A stretch of DNA of 64,000 nucleotides from an uncultured Actinomycetes bacterium. GTDB lineage: Bacteria > Actinomycetota > UBA4738 > HRBIN12. Position numbers and translations under genes: made by a program. Of the stretch, positions 27,919 through 37,442 are shown one piece after another (the stretch's first letter is position 1; every line of letters starts with the position of its first letter). The notes beneath the pieces are model-generated. The model had not been told where the DNA came from and searched no databases. It saw only the letters and a list, made by a program, of their open reading frames with translations. The stretch covers positions 503,943 through 567,942 of the forward strand of contig CAVXJC010000006.1 in the NCBI GenBank assembly GCA_963762075.1. The letters run 5' to 3'.

Positions 27919-29730
27919 CTACTCCGCCCGCTCCGGGTCGCCCGAGACCTGGGCGCCCAGCATCTCCTGCACCCGCTTGAGTGCTGCGGCCTCATCGACG
28001 ACCTCGTCTTCTTCGACGATCTCGATCGTGGTCGGTCCGCTCGCATCGCGCACCTCGCGGACGACACAGACGATATCGGGCCTGATGCCGAACATGTCAC
28101 CGAGCACCGCCTTCAGCTCGGACTTCTTGCCGTCGACCTTCTGGGGACCGACCTTGCGATCGGGCGGGAACGCAAGCTCGAGGGTCGTGCCGTCGTAACT
28201 CGCGACGGTGGCCGATTCGAGGATGGCCGCGAGGATCATCTCGCGATCGCTCGAAAGGTGATCGAGCAGGGACTGCCACGACCTGCGAAGCAAAGCGACA
28301 TCGACGGCGCCTGCGTCTGCAGCGTGCGGCACCGGCATCTGTTGCGCCGGTGCCTCGAGTGAGGTGACGGCGTCTGCGGCCGGCGAAACGCTCGCCGGCG
28401 CCTCAGAGATCTCAGGGGTCACCTCGGGCAATTCCACGATCTCGAGCTCCGGCGATGCCACCGCGTGCGGGGACTCAACCGCGCCCGCGGGCTCGACATC
28501 GTCGACGGGACTGGGCGGACCCTTCACCTGGGCGACGTCGGCAGGCGTGGGTACGACCGCGCCCGGGTCGAGGTTGGCGAGTCGCTCGAGCCGTTCGATG
28601 CGAGTGAGCAGGCCCGACGGATCTGCATCGGTCTCGGGCATCGTCGCCCGAACGAGCGCGAGCTCGAGCGAGAGCCTGGGCGAGGTCGTCCAGCGCATGT
28701 CGTTCTGGGCAGCGAGCAGCAGGGCGAGCACCCGAGCGAGCTCGCCCGGCGTGAACTTCTCGGCCTGGATGCGCAGCGTGTCGTACGCGTCGTCGGGGAC
28801 GTCGACGAGATCGGGCTGACCAGGAGCTGCCTTCACCAACAAGAGGTTGCGGAAATGCGCGAGCGACTCGGAGGTCACGTTCCGCAGGTCCTGACCATCC
28901 TGCACGAGGCGGCCGACGATCTCGAACACACCCTTGGCGTCGCCGATCGCGACCGCATCGGCGAGATCATGCTGCACCTCGCTACGAGGGGCACCGAGCA
29001 ACGTGCGAACCACGCCGTCGTCGATCGCAGCGCCCCCGAGCACGCGAGCCTGGTCGAGCAAAGAGAGCGCGTCGCGCGACGACCCCTCGGCCTGACGGGC
29101 GATCGCCTGCGCGGCCGAGTCGGTGAGCGTCGCGCCTTCGGCCGAGGCGATCGACTGGAGCTGTGCGGTCAGCGTGTCCAGGCCGAACCGACGGAAGTCG
29201 AATCGCTGGGAGCGACCGACGATCGTCGCCGGCATCTTGTGCGGCTCGGTCGTGGCGAGCACGAACCTCACTCCTGGAGGTGGTTCCTCGAAGACCTTGA
29301 GCAACGCGTCGAACGCTTCGCGCGACAGGCGCTGCGCCTCATCGATGATGTAGACCTTCTCGCGCCCCTGCACCGGCGCTGTCGGCGCCTTCTCTCGGAG
29401 CTCGCGCGCATCCTCGACTCCGCCGTGGCTCGCCGCATCGATCTCGACCACATCGAGATGGGTGCCTTCGCGCACCGCGACACACTGCGAGCACTCGCCG
29501 CACGGCTCGGCGGTAGGTCCCTGTTCGCAGTTGACCATCTTGGCCAGGATGCGAGCCGTCGATGTCTTGCCGGTGCCCCGGGGCCCGCAGAACAGGAACG
29601 CGTGATGGAGCCTTCCCTCGCGGATCGCACCCGTGAGCGCGCGCATGACGTGGTCCTGGCCGAGCACCTCGGTAGGCGTCTGCGGCCGATATCGGCGGTA
29701 GAGGGCCTGATGCTGCTTCTCGTCCGCCAC
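27919..29730 (-). CDS. dnaX: DNA polymerase III subunit gamma/tau
   Basis: RYRPQTPTEVLGQDHV, Walker A GPRGTGKTS, zinc module CGECSQC. Confidence 0.95.
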   Translation of the reverse strand: MADEKQHQALYRRYRPQTPTEVLGQDHVMRALTGAIREGRLHHAFLFCGPRGTGKTSTARILAKMVNCEQGPTAEPCGECSQCVAVREGTHLDVVEIDAASHGGVEDARELREKAPTAPVQGREKVYIIDEAQRLSREAFDALLKVFEEPPPGVRFVLATTEPHKMPATIVGRSQRFDFRRFGLDTLTAQLQSIASAEGATLTDSAAQAIARQAEGSSRDALSLLDQARVLGGAAIDDGVVRTLLGAPRSEVQHDLADAVAIGDAKGVFEIVGRLVQDGQDLRNVTSESLAHFRNLLLVKAAPGQPDLVDVPDDAYDTLRIQAEKFTPGELARVLALLLAAQNDMRWTTSPRLSLELALVRATMPETDADPSGLLTRIERLERLANLDPGAVVPTPADVAQVKGPPSPVDDVEPAGAVESPHAVASPELEIVELPEVTPEISEAPASVSPAADAVTSLEAPAQQMPVPHAADAGAVDVALLRRSWQSLLDHLSSDREMILAAILESATVASYDGTTLELAFPPDRKVGPQKVDGKKSELKAVLGDMFGIRPDIVCVVREVRDASGPTTIEIVEEDEVVDEAAALKRVQEMLGAQVSGDPERAE

Positions 29731-29842
29731 GTGCCGTCACCCGCTTCCGGTCATACCGTTCGTCGCGCTCCCGCAGGAGTGAAAAGGTGGCCGTGCACCC
29801 GCCGTCGACCACGGATGACTCGGTCGCTACCTGGAACGACAG

Positions 29843-29950
29843 CTCCAGTCAGGCGAACCTACGGCACCCACCAGCTTCCGCTTACGGCTGCTTCCTTCCG
29901 GACCTGACCGGGTTCGCGGGCCGATGTCGCGCAGGACCCGACCTTCAACG
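29843..29950 (-). ncRNA. ffs: Signal recognition particle RNA (small/4.5S type), approximate ends
   Basis: Minus-strand GGTCAGGTCCGGAAGGAAGCAGCC (reverse complement of 29888-29911) is the conserved SRP RNA domain IV motif; located immediately upstream of dnaX, as is common. Confidence 0.65.
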
Positions 29951-30101
29951 CTTCGTTCCGAGGGCTGCCCCGGACCTTCCGGGCCTCGGGCGGGGATTCA
30001 GCCCCGCTGAAGCGGATCGCGGGTACAGGGCACCGCTAGCTCCCCGCCTAGCACGGCCACGGGCAGTATACGTGGGGGGTCCGACGTGAGCGGGGGGCAA
30101 C

Positions 30102-30869
30102 GTGGAGATGCCGGTCTTGACCGCAGCAGGCTGGGGGTTGGTCGCAGCCTCGGCCCTGCCGATCGGAGCACTCGCGGCACGCTGGCGCATGTTCACTCTG
30201 CGTACCCTGGGCGCCGTGCTGGCGTTCGGTGCCGGCACGTTGATCTCCGCCGTGACGTTCGAGCTCGTCGACGAGGCGTTCCAGCGATCGGACATCTGGC
30301 CGGTCGTCGTCGGGCTGGGCCTCGGTGCGGTCACCTTCACCGTCGGCGACGCCACAATCGCCCGCTTCGGAGGAAGGCGCCATCGCGGCATGGGCATGAG
30401 CGATGAACCACCCGCTACCGCGGTTCCAGCACACAGCGACGACGGCGGGCTCGCCATCTTGCTCGGCGCGGTGCTCGACGGCATCCCCGAATCGCTCGTG
30501 TTGGGCATCGCACTGGCCACCGGCGACGCGGTGAGCATCACGTTCGTCGTGGCGGTCTTCGTCTCGAACGTGCCGGAATCGTTGGCCTCGACCCGAGGCA
30601 TGCTGACCATGGGCTACCCCTTCCGCCGCGTGCTCGGGCTCTGGCTCTCGGTGACGGCGGCCAGCGCAGGGTTCGCAGCGGTCGGAGCCACGCTCGACGG
30701 CCTCGACCAAGCGGTCGTGGCGGTCGTGGAGTCGTTCGCGGCGGGAGCGCTGCTCGCGTTGATCGCCGACTCGCTCCTTCCAGATGCATACCGCGACTCG
30801 GGGCTTCGTACCGGGCTCTTCGTGGTGCTCGGATTCGCGCTTGCATTCGCGCTCACGGCGCTCGATTGA
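30102..30869 (+). CDS. ZIP family metal (zinc) transporter
   Basis: Motifs LDGIPESLVLG and SNVPE; 8 predicted TM segments. Confidence 0.75.
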   Translation: MEMPVLTAAGWGLVAASALPIGALAARWRMFTLRTLGAVLAFGAGTLISAVTFELVDEAFQRSDIWPVVVGLGLGAVTFTVGDATIARFGGRRHRGMGMSDEPPATAVPAHSDDGGLAILLGAVLDGIPESLVLGIALATGDAVSITFVVAVFVSNVPESLASTRGMLTMGYPFRRVLGLWLSVTAASAGFAAVGATLDGLDQAVVAVVESFAAGALLALIADSLLPDAYRDSGLRTGLFVVLGFALAFALTALD

Positions 30870-30922
30870 GGCATCCCGTCCTCACGGGTGAGGCAAGATC
30901 GCCGCGGTACCCTGATGCGCCT

Positions 30923-32674
30923 ATGTCCCCCATGACCACCGGCACGCGCAGGCGATCGATGCTGATCACGGTCGTCGTGCTCGTGGCGATCGCCTCAGTC
31001 GCGATCGCGTGGCCGACCTCTGATGGCCCCGACCAAGAGCCACCGCCGCTGGCAGGAGGCACGTCGATCGCGCCACCCGAGTCACCCGGCTCCGACGCTC
31101 CCGAGCCCAACCGCCTTGCCCGCCGGGTGTGCAAAACCATTCCTCGTGACGTGCTCATGCGAACGGTCAACGGCACACACCTTGTGCGCAGCGGCGACCT
31201 GCAGATGATCACGGCGTTCCCCGACTATGTGGCCGCCGGCCTCACCCACGCCACGCCGTTCGACCACACGCAGGAGGTGCCTCTGCTCGTGTACGGCCGC
31301 GGGCTCGTACGTCCGGGTGTCTACGACGAACCGGCCACCCTCAACGATGTCTCCCAAACGGCAGCGTCGCTGCTGGAGTTCGACGGCTTCACCGCCCCCG
31401 ACGGACGCTCCCTCGACGAAGGACTGCTACCAGCCGGCGATCGCGAGCCACCGAAGCTGCTGGTCACGATGATCTGGGATTCAGCCGGCACCGATCTGCT
31501 GGAGCGATGGGACAGGTCGTGGCCGTTCCTGCATCAGCTCGCACGTGAGGGGGCATGGTTCACCAACGCGGAGTTGGACTCGGCGCCGGCCAACACGCCA
31601 CCGAGCCACGCCACGATCGGCACCGGCGCGTATCCGCGGCGTCATGGCATGGTCGACGAGTACATCTGGATCAACGGTTCGCTCCAGAAGCCGAACGCAG
31701 AGGGCCCGATCTTCCTGAAGCTTCCGACCCTCGCCGACGCATACGACCTCGCCATGGGAAACAAGCCGATCGTCGCAGGTGCCGCCAGCCTGTCGGCCCA
31801 CCTCATGATGATGGGGCATGGCAGGGCGTGGCAGGGCGGCGACTACGACATCGCGATCGCCCGCGAGCGCGAGAACGCTGAGACAGGCGGTGACGACACT
31901 GCGAACGCTTGGGGACTCACCGAGAGCATGCGGCCCTATTACCACTTCCCGGAGTGGGCGAACGACCAGTCCATCGACGCCTCGCTCGAGGCAGCCAAAG
32001 CCGAACTCGACCAACGCGACGGCAGTCTCGACGGTCTGTGGCGCGGCTACTCGATCGAACAGATGGCCGGTGGATTCAACACGCCCGCGCGGTCGCCGTA
32101 TCAAACGACCCTGTTCGAGGAGCTCGTGAAGCGCGAAGGGTTCGGCGACGATGACGTGCCCGACCTGCTCTACCTGAACTACAAGATCATCGACTCGCTG
32201 GGGCACCAGTTCTCGGCCGACGGCGAAGAGATGGCCGACGCGATCGAGATCCAGGACGACGAGCTGCGGCGGTTCGTGCGATTCCTCAACGACGAGGTCG
32301 GTCGCGGCGAGTGGGCGATGATCCTCACGGCCGACCATGGCATGCAACGCGACCCTGCCGTCACCGGCGCGTTCCTGATCGACATCGACCGTTTGAGCGC
32401 TGCCGTCGAGGCCGCGTTCGGCGGAACCGAGGGGCGCCCCGTGATCGTCAAGGCTCGGCCGACCCAGATGTGGCTCGACACGAAGCTGCTCGAGCGCGCC
32501 GGATACACGGTGGAACAGGTCGCCGAGTTCATCCAGGGCCTGACACAGACTGACGTGGCGGGCGCCTCCGGCACCCAGCCCGGCGAGGCCGGCGACCGAG
32601 TGTTCCAGGCGGTCTTTCCCACATCGACGATCGAGCAGCTGCCCTGCCTGCCCGAAGCGATGCGCACCGCCTGA
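30923..32674 (+). CDS. Secreted alkaline-phosphatase-superfamily phosphodiesterase / nucleotide pyrophosphatase-like protein
   Basis: Signal/TM MLITVVVLVAIASVAIA; DSLGH and ADHGM metal-site-like motifs. Confidence 0.6.
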   Translation: MSPMTTGTRRRSMLITVVVLVAIASVAIAWPTSDGPDQEPPPLAGGTSIAPPESPGSDAPEPNRLARRVCKTIPRDVLMRTVNGTHLVRSGDLQMITAFPDYVAAGLTHATPFDHTQEVPLLVYGRGLVRPGVYDEPATLNDVSQTAASLLEFDGFTAPDGRSLDEGLLPAGDREPPKLLVTMIWDSAGTDLLERWDRSWPFLHQLAREGAWFTNAELDSAPANTPPSHATIGTGAYPRRHGMVDEYIWINGSLQKPNAEGPIFLKLPTLADAYDLAMGNKPIVAGAASLSAHLMMMGHGRAWQGGDYDIAIARERENAETGGDDTANAWGLTESMRPYYHFPEWANDQSIDASLEAAKAELDQRDGSLDGLWRGYSIEQMAGGFNTPARSPYQTTLFEELVKREGFGDDDVPDLLYLNYKIIDSLGHQFSADGEEMADAIEIQDDELRRFVRFLNDEVGRGEWAMILTADHGMQRDPAVTGAFLIDIDRLSAAVEAAFGGTEGRPVIVKARPTQMWLDTKLLERAGYTVEQVAEFIQGLTQTDVAGASGTQPGEAGDRVFQAVFPTSTIEQLPCLPEAMRTA

Positions 32675-32761
32675 GCGGGAACCGATCTGCGGTGACGAGG
32701 CGTCGAAGACGGGTCTCTGCCGCCGGGCCCACGCGGCCCATGCGCTTGCACGGAGGTCACG

Positions 32762-33220
32762 ATGTCAACCGCCGCTCGCACACGCTCAACCTTGCTCGCC
32801 GTGATCGCCGTGCTCGTTGTGCTCGCCGTCGGCACCGCGATCGCGGTATCGAGCGGCCCCGACACCGCCGTCAGTTCCGGTCCGATCACGCGCGAGGAAC
32901 CCCCGATCGACGGCGGTCCCACGATCGTGCAGCCGAGACCCGGCATGGCAGACGTGTACGCGCGGCGGTTCGACTCGGCGAGGGCCAACGACGACGGCAC
33001 AGCTGTCACCGTCGACTTCGTGAGCGGCGTGGAACCCTGCAACGTGCTCGACCACGTCGACGTTCATCACGGCACCGATGCGGTGACGATCACGTTGTTC
33101 GAGGGCCACGACCCGAACGCTGGCGACGTTGCCTGCATCGAGATCGGGGTCTTCAAGCAGGTGGTCGTACAGCTCGACGAGCCGCTCGGCGATCGCGCGA
33201 TCATCGACGGCGCCGCCTGA
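32762..33220 (+). CDS. Hypothetical secreted/membrane-anchored protein
   Basis: N-terminal TM LLAVIAVLVVLAVGTAIAV; no recognisable domain. Confidence 0.5.
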   Translation: MSTAARTRSTLLAVIAVLVVLAVGTAIAVSSGPDTAVSSGPITREEPPIDGGPTIVQPRPGMADVYARRFDSARANDDGTAVTVDFVSGVEPCNVLDHVDVHHGTDAVTITLFEGHDPNAGDVACIEIGVFKQVVVQLDEPLGDRAIIDGAA

Positions 33221-33224
33221 GCCT

Positions 33225-33986
33225 CTAGGACTGGCGCGTCCAGACCTCCCAGTCGGATACTCGTTCGAAGCCCAGCCGTCCGTACATCGACGCGGCCTCG
33301 TCGCTCGGATGAAGCCACGCGAGATCGGCGCCGGGGAACGCCCTCGCGGCGTGCACCGTGAGGGCTGAGCCAAGACCCTGTCGGCGGGCTCGCGGCACGA
33401 CCCCGACTCCCATGACCCCGATCGCCGCGCCGTCGAGGTAGGCGGCGGAGATGCCGACCGCCTCGGCACCACGCCACGCAACGAACATGCGCGCGTGGGA
33501 CAGCCCGGCGGCCGCGCTCGCGCCGTAGAACGCTCTGCCGATCGCCGGATCGTCTCCGAAGGCGTGCACACCGACCTGCACGAGCGCCTCGGCATCGCCG
33601 GAACCGTCGACCTCTCGGATCTCGACGCCTTCGGGTCCGGATGCATCGGACAGCTCACGCGGGTCGATCGTCATGCCTGGACGCTCGATGATCCGCGTGA
33701 GCCCCATCGATCGCACGGCCTCGTCGACGTTCCGATGTCGGCCCATCTGCAGATCGATGCCGAACTGCAGATCACGACGGTCGAACTCCGCCTCGGCCAC
33801 GCGAAGGGCTACTGCGGCATCGCGGGGCTCCCGCTCGACCACGACCGAGCTCAGCGCCGGGTCGGCGAGGTTCGACAACGCGAGCACGAGCCCGTCGATC
33901 TCGAGCACTTCCGCGCCGACGACGTTGACACGCCTTGCCCGTTCCGCCGCGACGACTCCGAGCGCGAGTCGTTCGGCTGCGTCCAT
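33225..33986 (-). CDS. GNAT family acetyltransferase
   Basis: RRQGLGSALTV acetyl-CoA motif. Confidence 0.65.
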   Translation of the reverse strand: MDAAERLALGVVAAERARRVNVVGAEVLEIDGLVLALSNLADPALSSVVVEREPRDAAVALRVAEAEFDRRDLQFGIDLQMGRHRNVDEAVRSMGLTRIIERPGMTIDPRELSDASGPEGVEIREVDGSGDAEALVQVGVHAFGDDPAIGRAFYGASAAAGLSHARMFVAWRGAEAVGISAAYLDGAAIGVMGVGVVPRARRQGLGSALTVHAARAFPGADLAWLHPSDEAASMYGRLGFERVSDWEVWTRQS

Positions 33987-34039
33987 CGCCCGAGTCTGCC
34001 AGGCGCCACGGCCGGCATCCGCCCGGTTAGGCTCGAACC

Positions 34040-34738
34040 ATGAAGGTCACGTCGGTGCTCGTCGACTTCGACGGCACCGCCTGTCTCCACGATGTCGCTG
34101 AGCACCTTCTCGAACGGTTCGCGTCCGGCGACTGGGAACGCCTCGACGAGGCATGGGAACGAGGAGCGCTCGGATCCCAAGAAACGGTCGCCGCACAGAG
34201 CGCGATGCTCGATGCGGATCGAGCCACGCTCCTGGCGCATGCCACGACTCACTGCGTCATGGATCCGACGTTCGCGCCGTTCGTCACCTGGGCGCACGGT
34301 AAGGGCATCGAGGTCGCGCTCGCCTCGGACGGGTTCGGCTTCTACATCGAGCCGTTGCTCGTCGCAGCCGGCGTCCCGCCGATCCCGGTCGTCACCAACG
34401 CGCAAGGGTGGGACGAAGACGACCGACCGGGCGGACTCGCCTTCCCCAACGGCCACCCCGAATGTCTCGGATGCGGCACATGCAAGATGCAGGCCGTGCT
34501 CGATCGGCAGAAGCGGGGCGCGGTCGCGTTCGTCGGCGAGGGCTCGAGCGATCGTTATGGGGCGCTCTACGCCGACGTGACCTTCGCCAAGCTCGATCTC
34601 ATCGCGCATTGCGAGCGCGACGGCGTGCGATTCGTCGCATGGAACGACTTCGACGACATCCGGCGATGGATCGAGAGTCCGTCGCCACTGCCGGGTGCGA
34701 TCTCCCCCGCCAGATGCCCCGGATGGACCGTAGCCTGA
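34040..34738 (+). CDS. HAD-IB family phosphatase (MtnX / phosphoserine-phosphatase-like)
   Basis: Motif I VLVDFDGT; Cys cluster CLGCGTCK; EGSSDRY motif. Confidence 0.7.
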   Translation: MKVTSVLVDFDGTACLHDVAEHLLERFASGDWERLDEAWERGALGSQETVAAQSAMLDADRATLLAHATTHCVMDPTFAPFVTWAHGKGIEVALASDGFGFYIEPLLVAAGVPPIPVVTNAQGWDEDDRPGGLAFPNGHPECLGCGTCKMQAVLDRQKRGAVAFVGEGSSDRYGALYADVTFAKLDLIAHCERDGVRFVAWNDFDDIRRWIESPSPLPGAISPARCPGWTVA

Positions 34739-34745
34739 CAAAGAG

Positions 34746-35666
34746 ATGCGACCTATCGACCTGCCCGAGGCTTATGAGGCGCGCCCGGCGGCGCGAGACG
34801 ACCTCGAAGGCGTCTTCACGCTCGTGGCCGAGTGCGAGCGTCACGACGACGGTGCGGCCGAGATCGCCCTGAGCGACATCGCCGCAGACTGGAACCGGCC
34901 GGATTTCGACCTCGAGACCATGTCGATCACGGTCTGGCGTGGCGACGAGCTCGCGGCGGCAGGCGACGTCTTCATGGGACGCGCGGAGATCGACGTTGCC
35001 CCCGCGCATCGAGGCCGGGGGCTCGGTGCCGCACTGCTCCCCTGGACATGGGCCGTGGCGAGAGCCGACGGCCGCGACACCGTCGGGCAGACCGTGTCGG
35101 ACAACCGCGCCGACGCCGAAGCGCTGTTCCGATCGTACGGCTACGAGGCCTCGCACACTGCCTGGGTGCTCCGCATCGACCTCGACGCCGAGCCGCCCGC
35201 CGAGCCGCCGCTTCCCCCCGGGCTCGCGTTCCGGGACCTGCGACCGGGTGATGACGACCATGCCGTGTTCGACGTGATCGACACTGCCTTCGATGAATGG
35301 AAAGACCGCGAATCGCACGGCTTCGACAATTGGGCACCGGCTTTCCTGCACCGGGACGAGGTCGTGCCCGAGCTCGTGCCACTCGTGGTCGACGGAGACC
35401 GCATCGTGGGCGTCGCGCTCAACCTCCATTACGGCCTCGACGATGATGTGGAAGGTTGGATCCAGCAGCTCGCCGTCGACAAGGCGTACCGAGGTCGAGG
35501 TCTCGGTCGAGCGCTGTTGCAGGAAAGCTTCCGGCGCTTCCACAGGGTCGGATATCGACGGTGCGGTCTCTCGACCGACTCGCGTACAGGAGCACTCAGC
35601 CTCTACGAGCACGTCGGCATGCATGTACGGTCGAGCTTCACCAGGTATACGAGGCATCTCGCCTGA
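34746..35666 (+). CDS. Tandem-GNAT acetyltransferase, mycothiol synthase (MshD)-like
   Basis: Two GNAT halves (RGRGLGAALL and RGRGLGRALL), size about 306 aa as for MshD. Confidence 0.55.
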   Translation: MRPIDLPEAYEARPAARDDLEGVFTLVAECERHDDGAAEIALSDIAADWNRPDFDLETMSITVWRGDELAAAGDVFMGRAEIDVAPAHRGRGLGAALLPWTWAVARADGRDTVGQTVSDNRADAEALFRSYGYEASHTAWVLRIDLDAEPPAEPPLPPGLAFRDLRPGDDDHAVFDVIDTAFDEWKDRESHGFDNWAPAFLHRDEVVPELVPLVVDGDRIVGVALNLHYGLDDDVEGWIQQLAVDKAYRGRGLGRALLQESFRRFHRVGYRRCGLSTDSRTGALSLYEHVGMHVRSSFTRYTRHLA

Positions 35667-35680
35667 GTTCCACGATCGGC

Positions 35681-35767
35681 GGTGGCCGAGGGATTCGAAC
35701 CCTCGAGGGAGTTGCCCCCCTACACGCTTTCCAGGCGTGTCCCTTCGGCCGCTCGGGCAGGCCACCG
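35681..35767 (-). tRNA. tRNA-Ser (anticodon GGA)
   Basis: Hand-folded: GGTGGCC acceptor, long variable arm, anticodon loop CUGGAAA, T-loop GGTTCGAATCC. Confidence 0.85.
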
Positions 35768-35973
35768 GAGCGAGTCTAGCGAGCGGCCCCAGTGCCCACC
35801 GCGCCCGCCGTGCCTCGGCGCGGACCACGAGGACCTCATCGATCCGTTCCTTCGGGATCGCGAGCGCGAGCCAACCGTGCCGTCCGCATTCCGCTGCGTT
35901 CATCGGTGGCCGCCTCCCCTCACTCCCTCGTTACGCGCCTGCGCTTGTGTCTGGACAGACGCGCAACGAGGGC

Positions 35974-36063
35974 GAGAGCCTTGCGGAGGCGACAGGATTC
36001 GAACCTGTGAGGGGTGGATTAGACCCCTAACCGCTTTCGAGGCGGTCCCGTTCGTCCGCTCCG
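35974..36063 (-). tRNA. tRNA-Ser (anticodon CGA)
   Basis: Hand-folded: GGAGGCG acceptor, long variable arm, anticodon loop CUCGAAA, T-loop GGTTCGAATCC. Confidence 0.85.
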
Positions 36064-36176
36064 GCACGCCTCCGTCGGCGAGTCTAGCAACGCGCGGCTC
36101 ACCGTTCCGTGGCATCATCGGCCGATGCAAGGTCGCCGGGACCAGCTCCCGGCCAACCTCGACCAGGAGGTGCCAC

Positions 36177-36590
36177 GTGGACGCCAAGAAGCTCGGATCC
36201 GTACCCCTGTTCGCGGGACTTTCGAAGAAAGAGCGCCAACAGGTGGCCCAGCATGCCGACATCGTCGACCTCCCGGCGCGCTATCACCTCTGCGACCAGG
36301 GGGCGTTCGCGCACGAGTTCTTCGTGCTGCTCGATGGAAGCGTCGAGGTCACCCAGGACGGTCGTCACCTCACCGACCTCTCGGCCGGCGACTTCTTCGG
36401 GGAAGTCGCGCTCGTCGCGCACGACCGGCGCACCGCGAGCGTGGTGGCTACGACGCCGATCACCGCGATCGTGATGCATCAGCGTGACTTCGACACGATG
36501 CAGCGCGCGATCCCACACGTGGCCGAGAAGATCCATGAAGCGGTGCGCGCCAGGTCGCCGCACCAGGCCGGCGATCCGTCGGAGGACTAG
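36177..36590 (+). CDS. Standalone cyclic-nucleotide-binding (cNMP/CAP-effector-domain) protein, no HTH
   Basis: FGEVAL motif and beta-roll pattern; AGGAGG RBS 7 nt upstream of GTG. Confidence 0.7.
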   Translation: MDAKKLGSVPLFAGLSKKERQQVAQHADIVDLPARYHLCDQGAFAHEFFVLLDGSVEVTQDGRHLTDLSAGDFFGEVALVAHDRRTASVVATTPITAIVMHQRDFDTMQRAIPHVAEKIHEAVRARSPHQAGDPSED

Positions 36591-37066
36591 GGCCGAGCGG
36601 ATCCACGTCGGCCGCGGAAGAACTCCCGCACCACCTCGCCGCATTCCTTGGCAAGCACGCCGGAGGTCAGCTCGACGTGATGGTTCAGTCGGGCATCGCG
36701 CACGAGATCGCCGAGCGAGCCGGCGAACCCCGCTTTCGGGTCCGTTGCGCCGAACACGACCCGCTGCACCCGCGCCAGCACGATCGCTCCGGCGCACATG
36801 GCGCATGGTTCGAGCGTGACGACGAGCGTGCACCCGTCGAGTCGCCAGGAACCTGTGCGGCGCGCGGCTTCCCGCAGCACGAGCACCTCGGCGTGCGCGG
36901 TCGGATCCTGGAGCCTTTCCCGGCCGTTGCCGGCGGCTGCGAGCACATCCCCATCTCGCGCGATCACGGCGCCCACGGGCACATCGCCGGTCGCCACGCA
37001 GGACCGCGCTTCTTCGAGCGCGAGATACATGAGCGTCTCGTCGCTCTGCTGACTAGTCCGATCCAT
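36587..37066 (-). CDS. tadA: tRNA-specific adenosine deaminase
   Basis: HAEVLVLREA and PCAMCAGA zinc-binding motifs. Confidence 0.9.
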   Translation of the reverse strand: MDRTSQQSDETLMYLALEEARSCVATGDVPVGAVIARDGDVLAAAGNGRERLQDPTAHAEVLVLREAARRTGSWRLDGCTLVVTLEPCAMCAGAIVLARVQRVVFGATDPKAGFAGSLGDLVRDARLNHHVELTSGVLAKECGEVVREFFRGRRGSARP

Positions 37067-37067
37067 A

Positions 37068-37427
37068 CTAGTAACGATCGATCTCGTGGAGCCGCTCGTC
37101 ATCGATGCCGAAATGGTGCGCGATCTCGTGAACGACCGTCTCGGCGATCACGCGCTTCAGCGCAAGGTCGCCCGGGCCGGCTTCCCTGGCGATCGGCACG
37201 GCGAAGAGCGTGATGCGATCGGGCAACACGCCTGCGTAGTCGCTGCCGCGCTCGGTGAGCGGGATACCCTCGTACAACCCGAGGGTACCGGGGTCGACGT
37301 CGTCGGGCGGGAAGTCGTCGACCAGCACCTCCACGTTGTCGAGCGCCCCGTGGACCCACTCCGGCAGGGCATCGAGAGCTTCGGCGACGAGCGCCATGAG
37401 TCGCTCCTGCGCGCCCGTCGGCATGGT
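37068..37427 (-). CDS. Small zinc metallopeptidase-family protein (HExxH)
   Basis: C-terminal VVHEIAHHFGIDDERLHEIDRY; this is the only coding-like part of the long 909-aa antisense ORF. Confidence 0.65.
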   Translation of the reverse strand, partial: TMPTGAQERLMALVAEALDALPEWVHGALDNVEVLVDDFPPDDVDPGTLGLYEGIPLTERGSDYAGVLPDRITLFAVPIAREAGPGDLALKRVIAETVVHEIAHHFGIDDERLHEIDRY

Positions 37428-37442
37428 GGGTAGCCTACGCGT

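Noticed and set aside
27919-29730. Programmed ribosomal frameshift site in dnaX (gamma subunit)
   Set aside because: I could not identify an A AAA AAG-type slippery heptamer by eye in this GC-rich gene, so it is not called.
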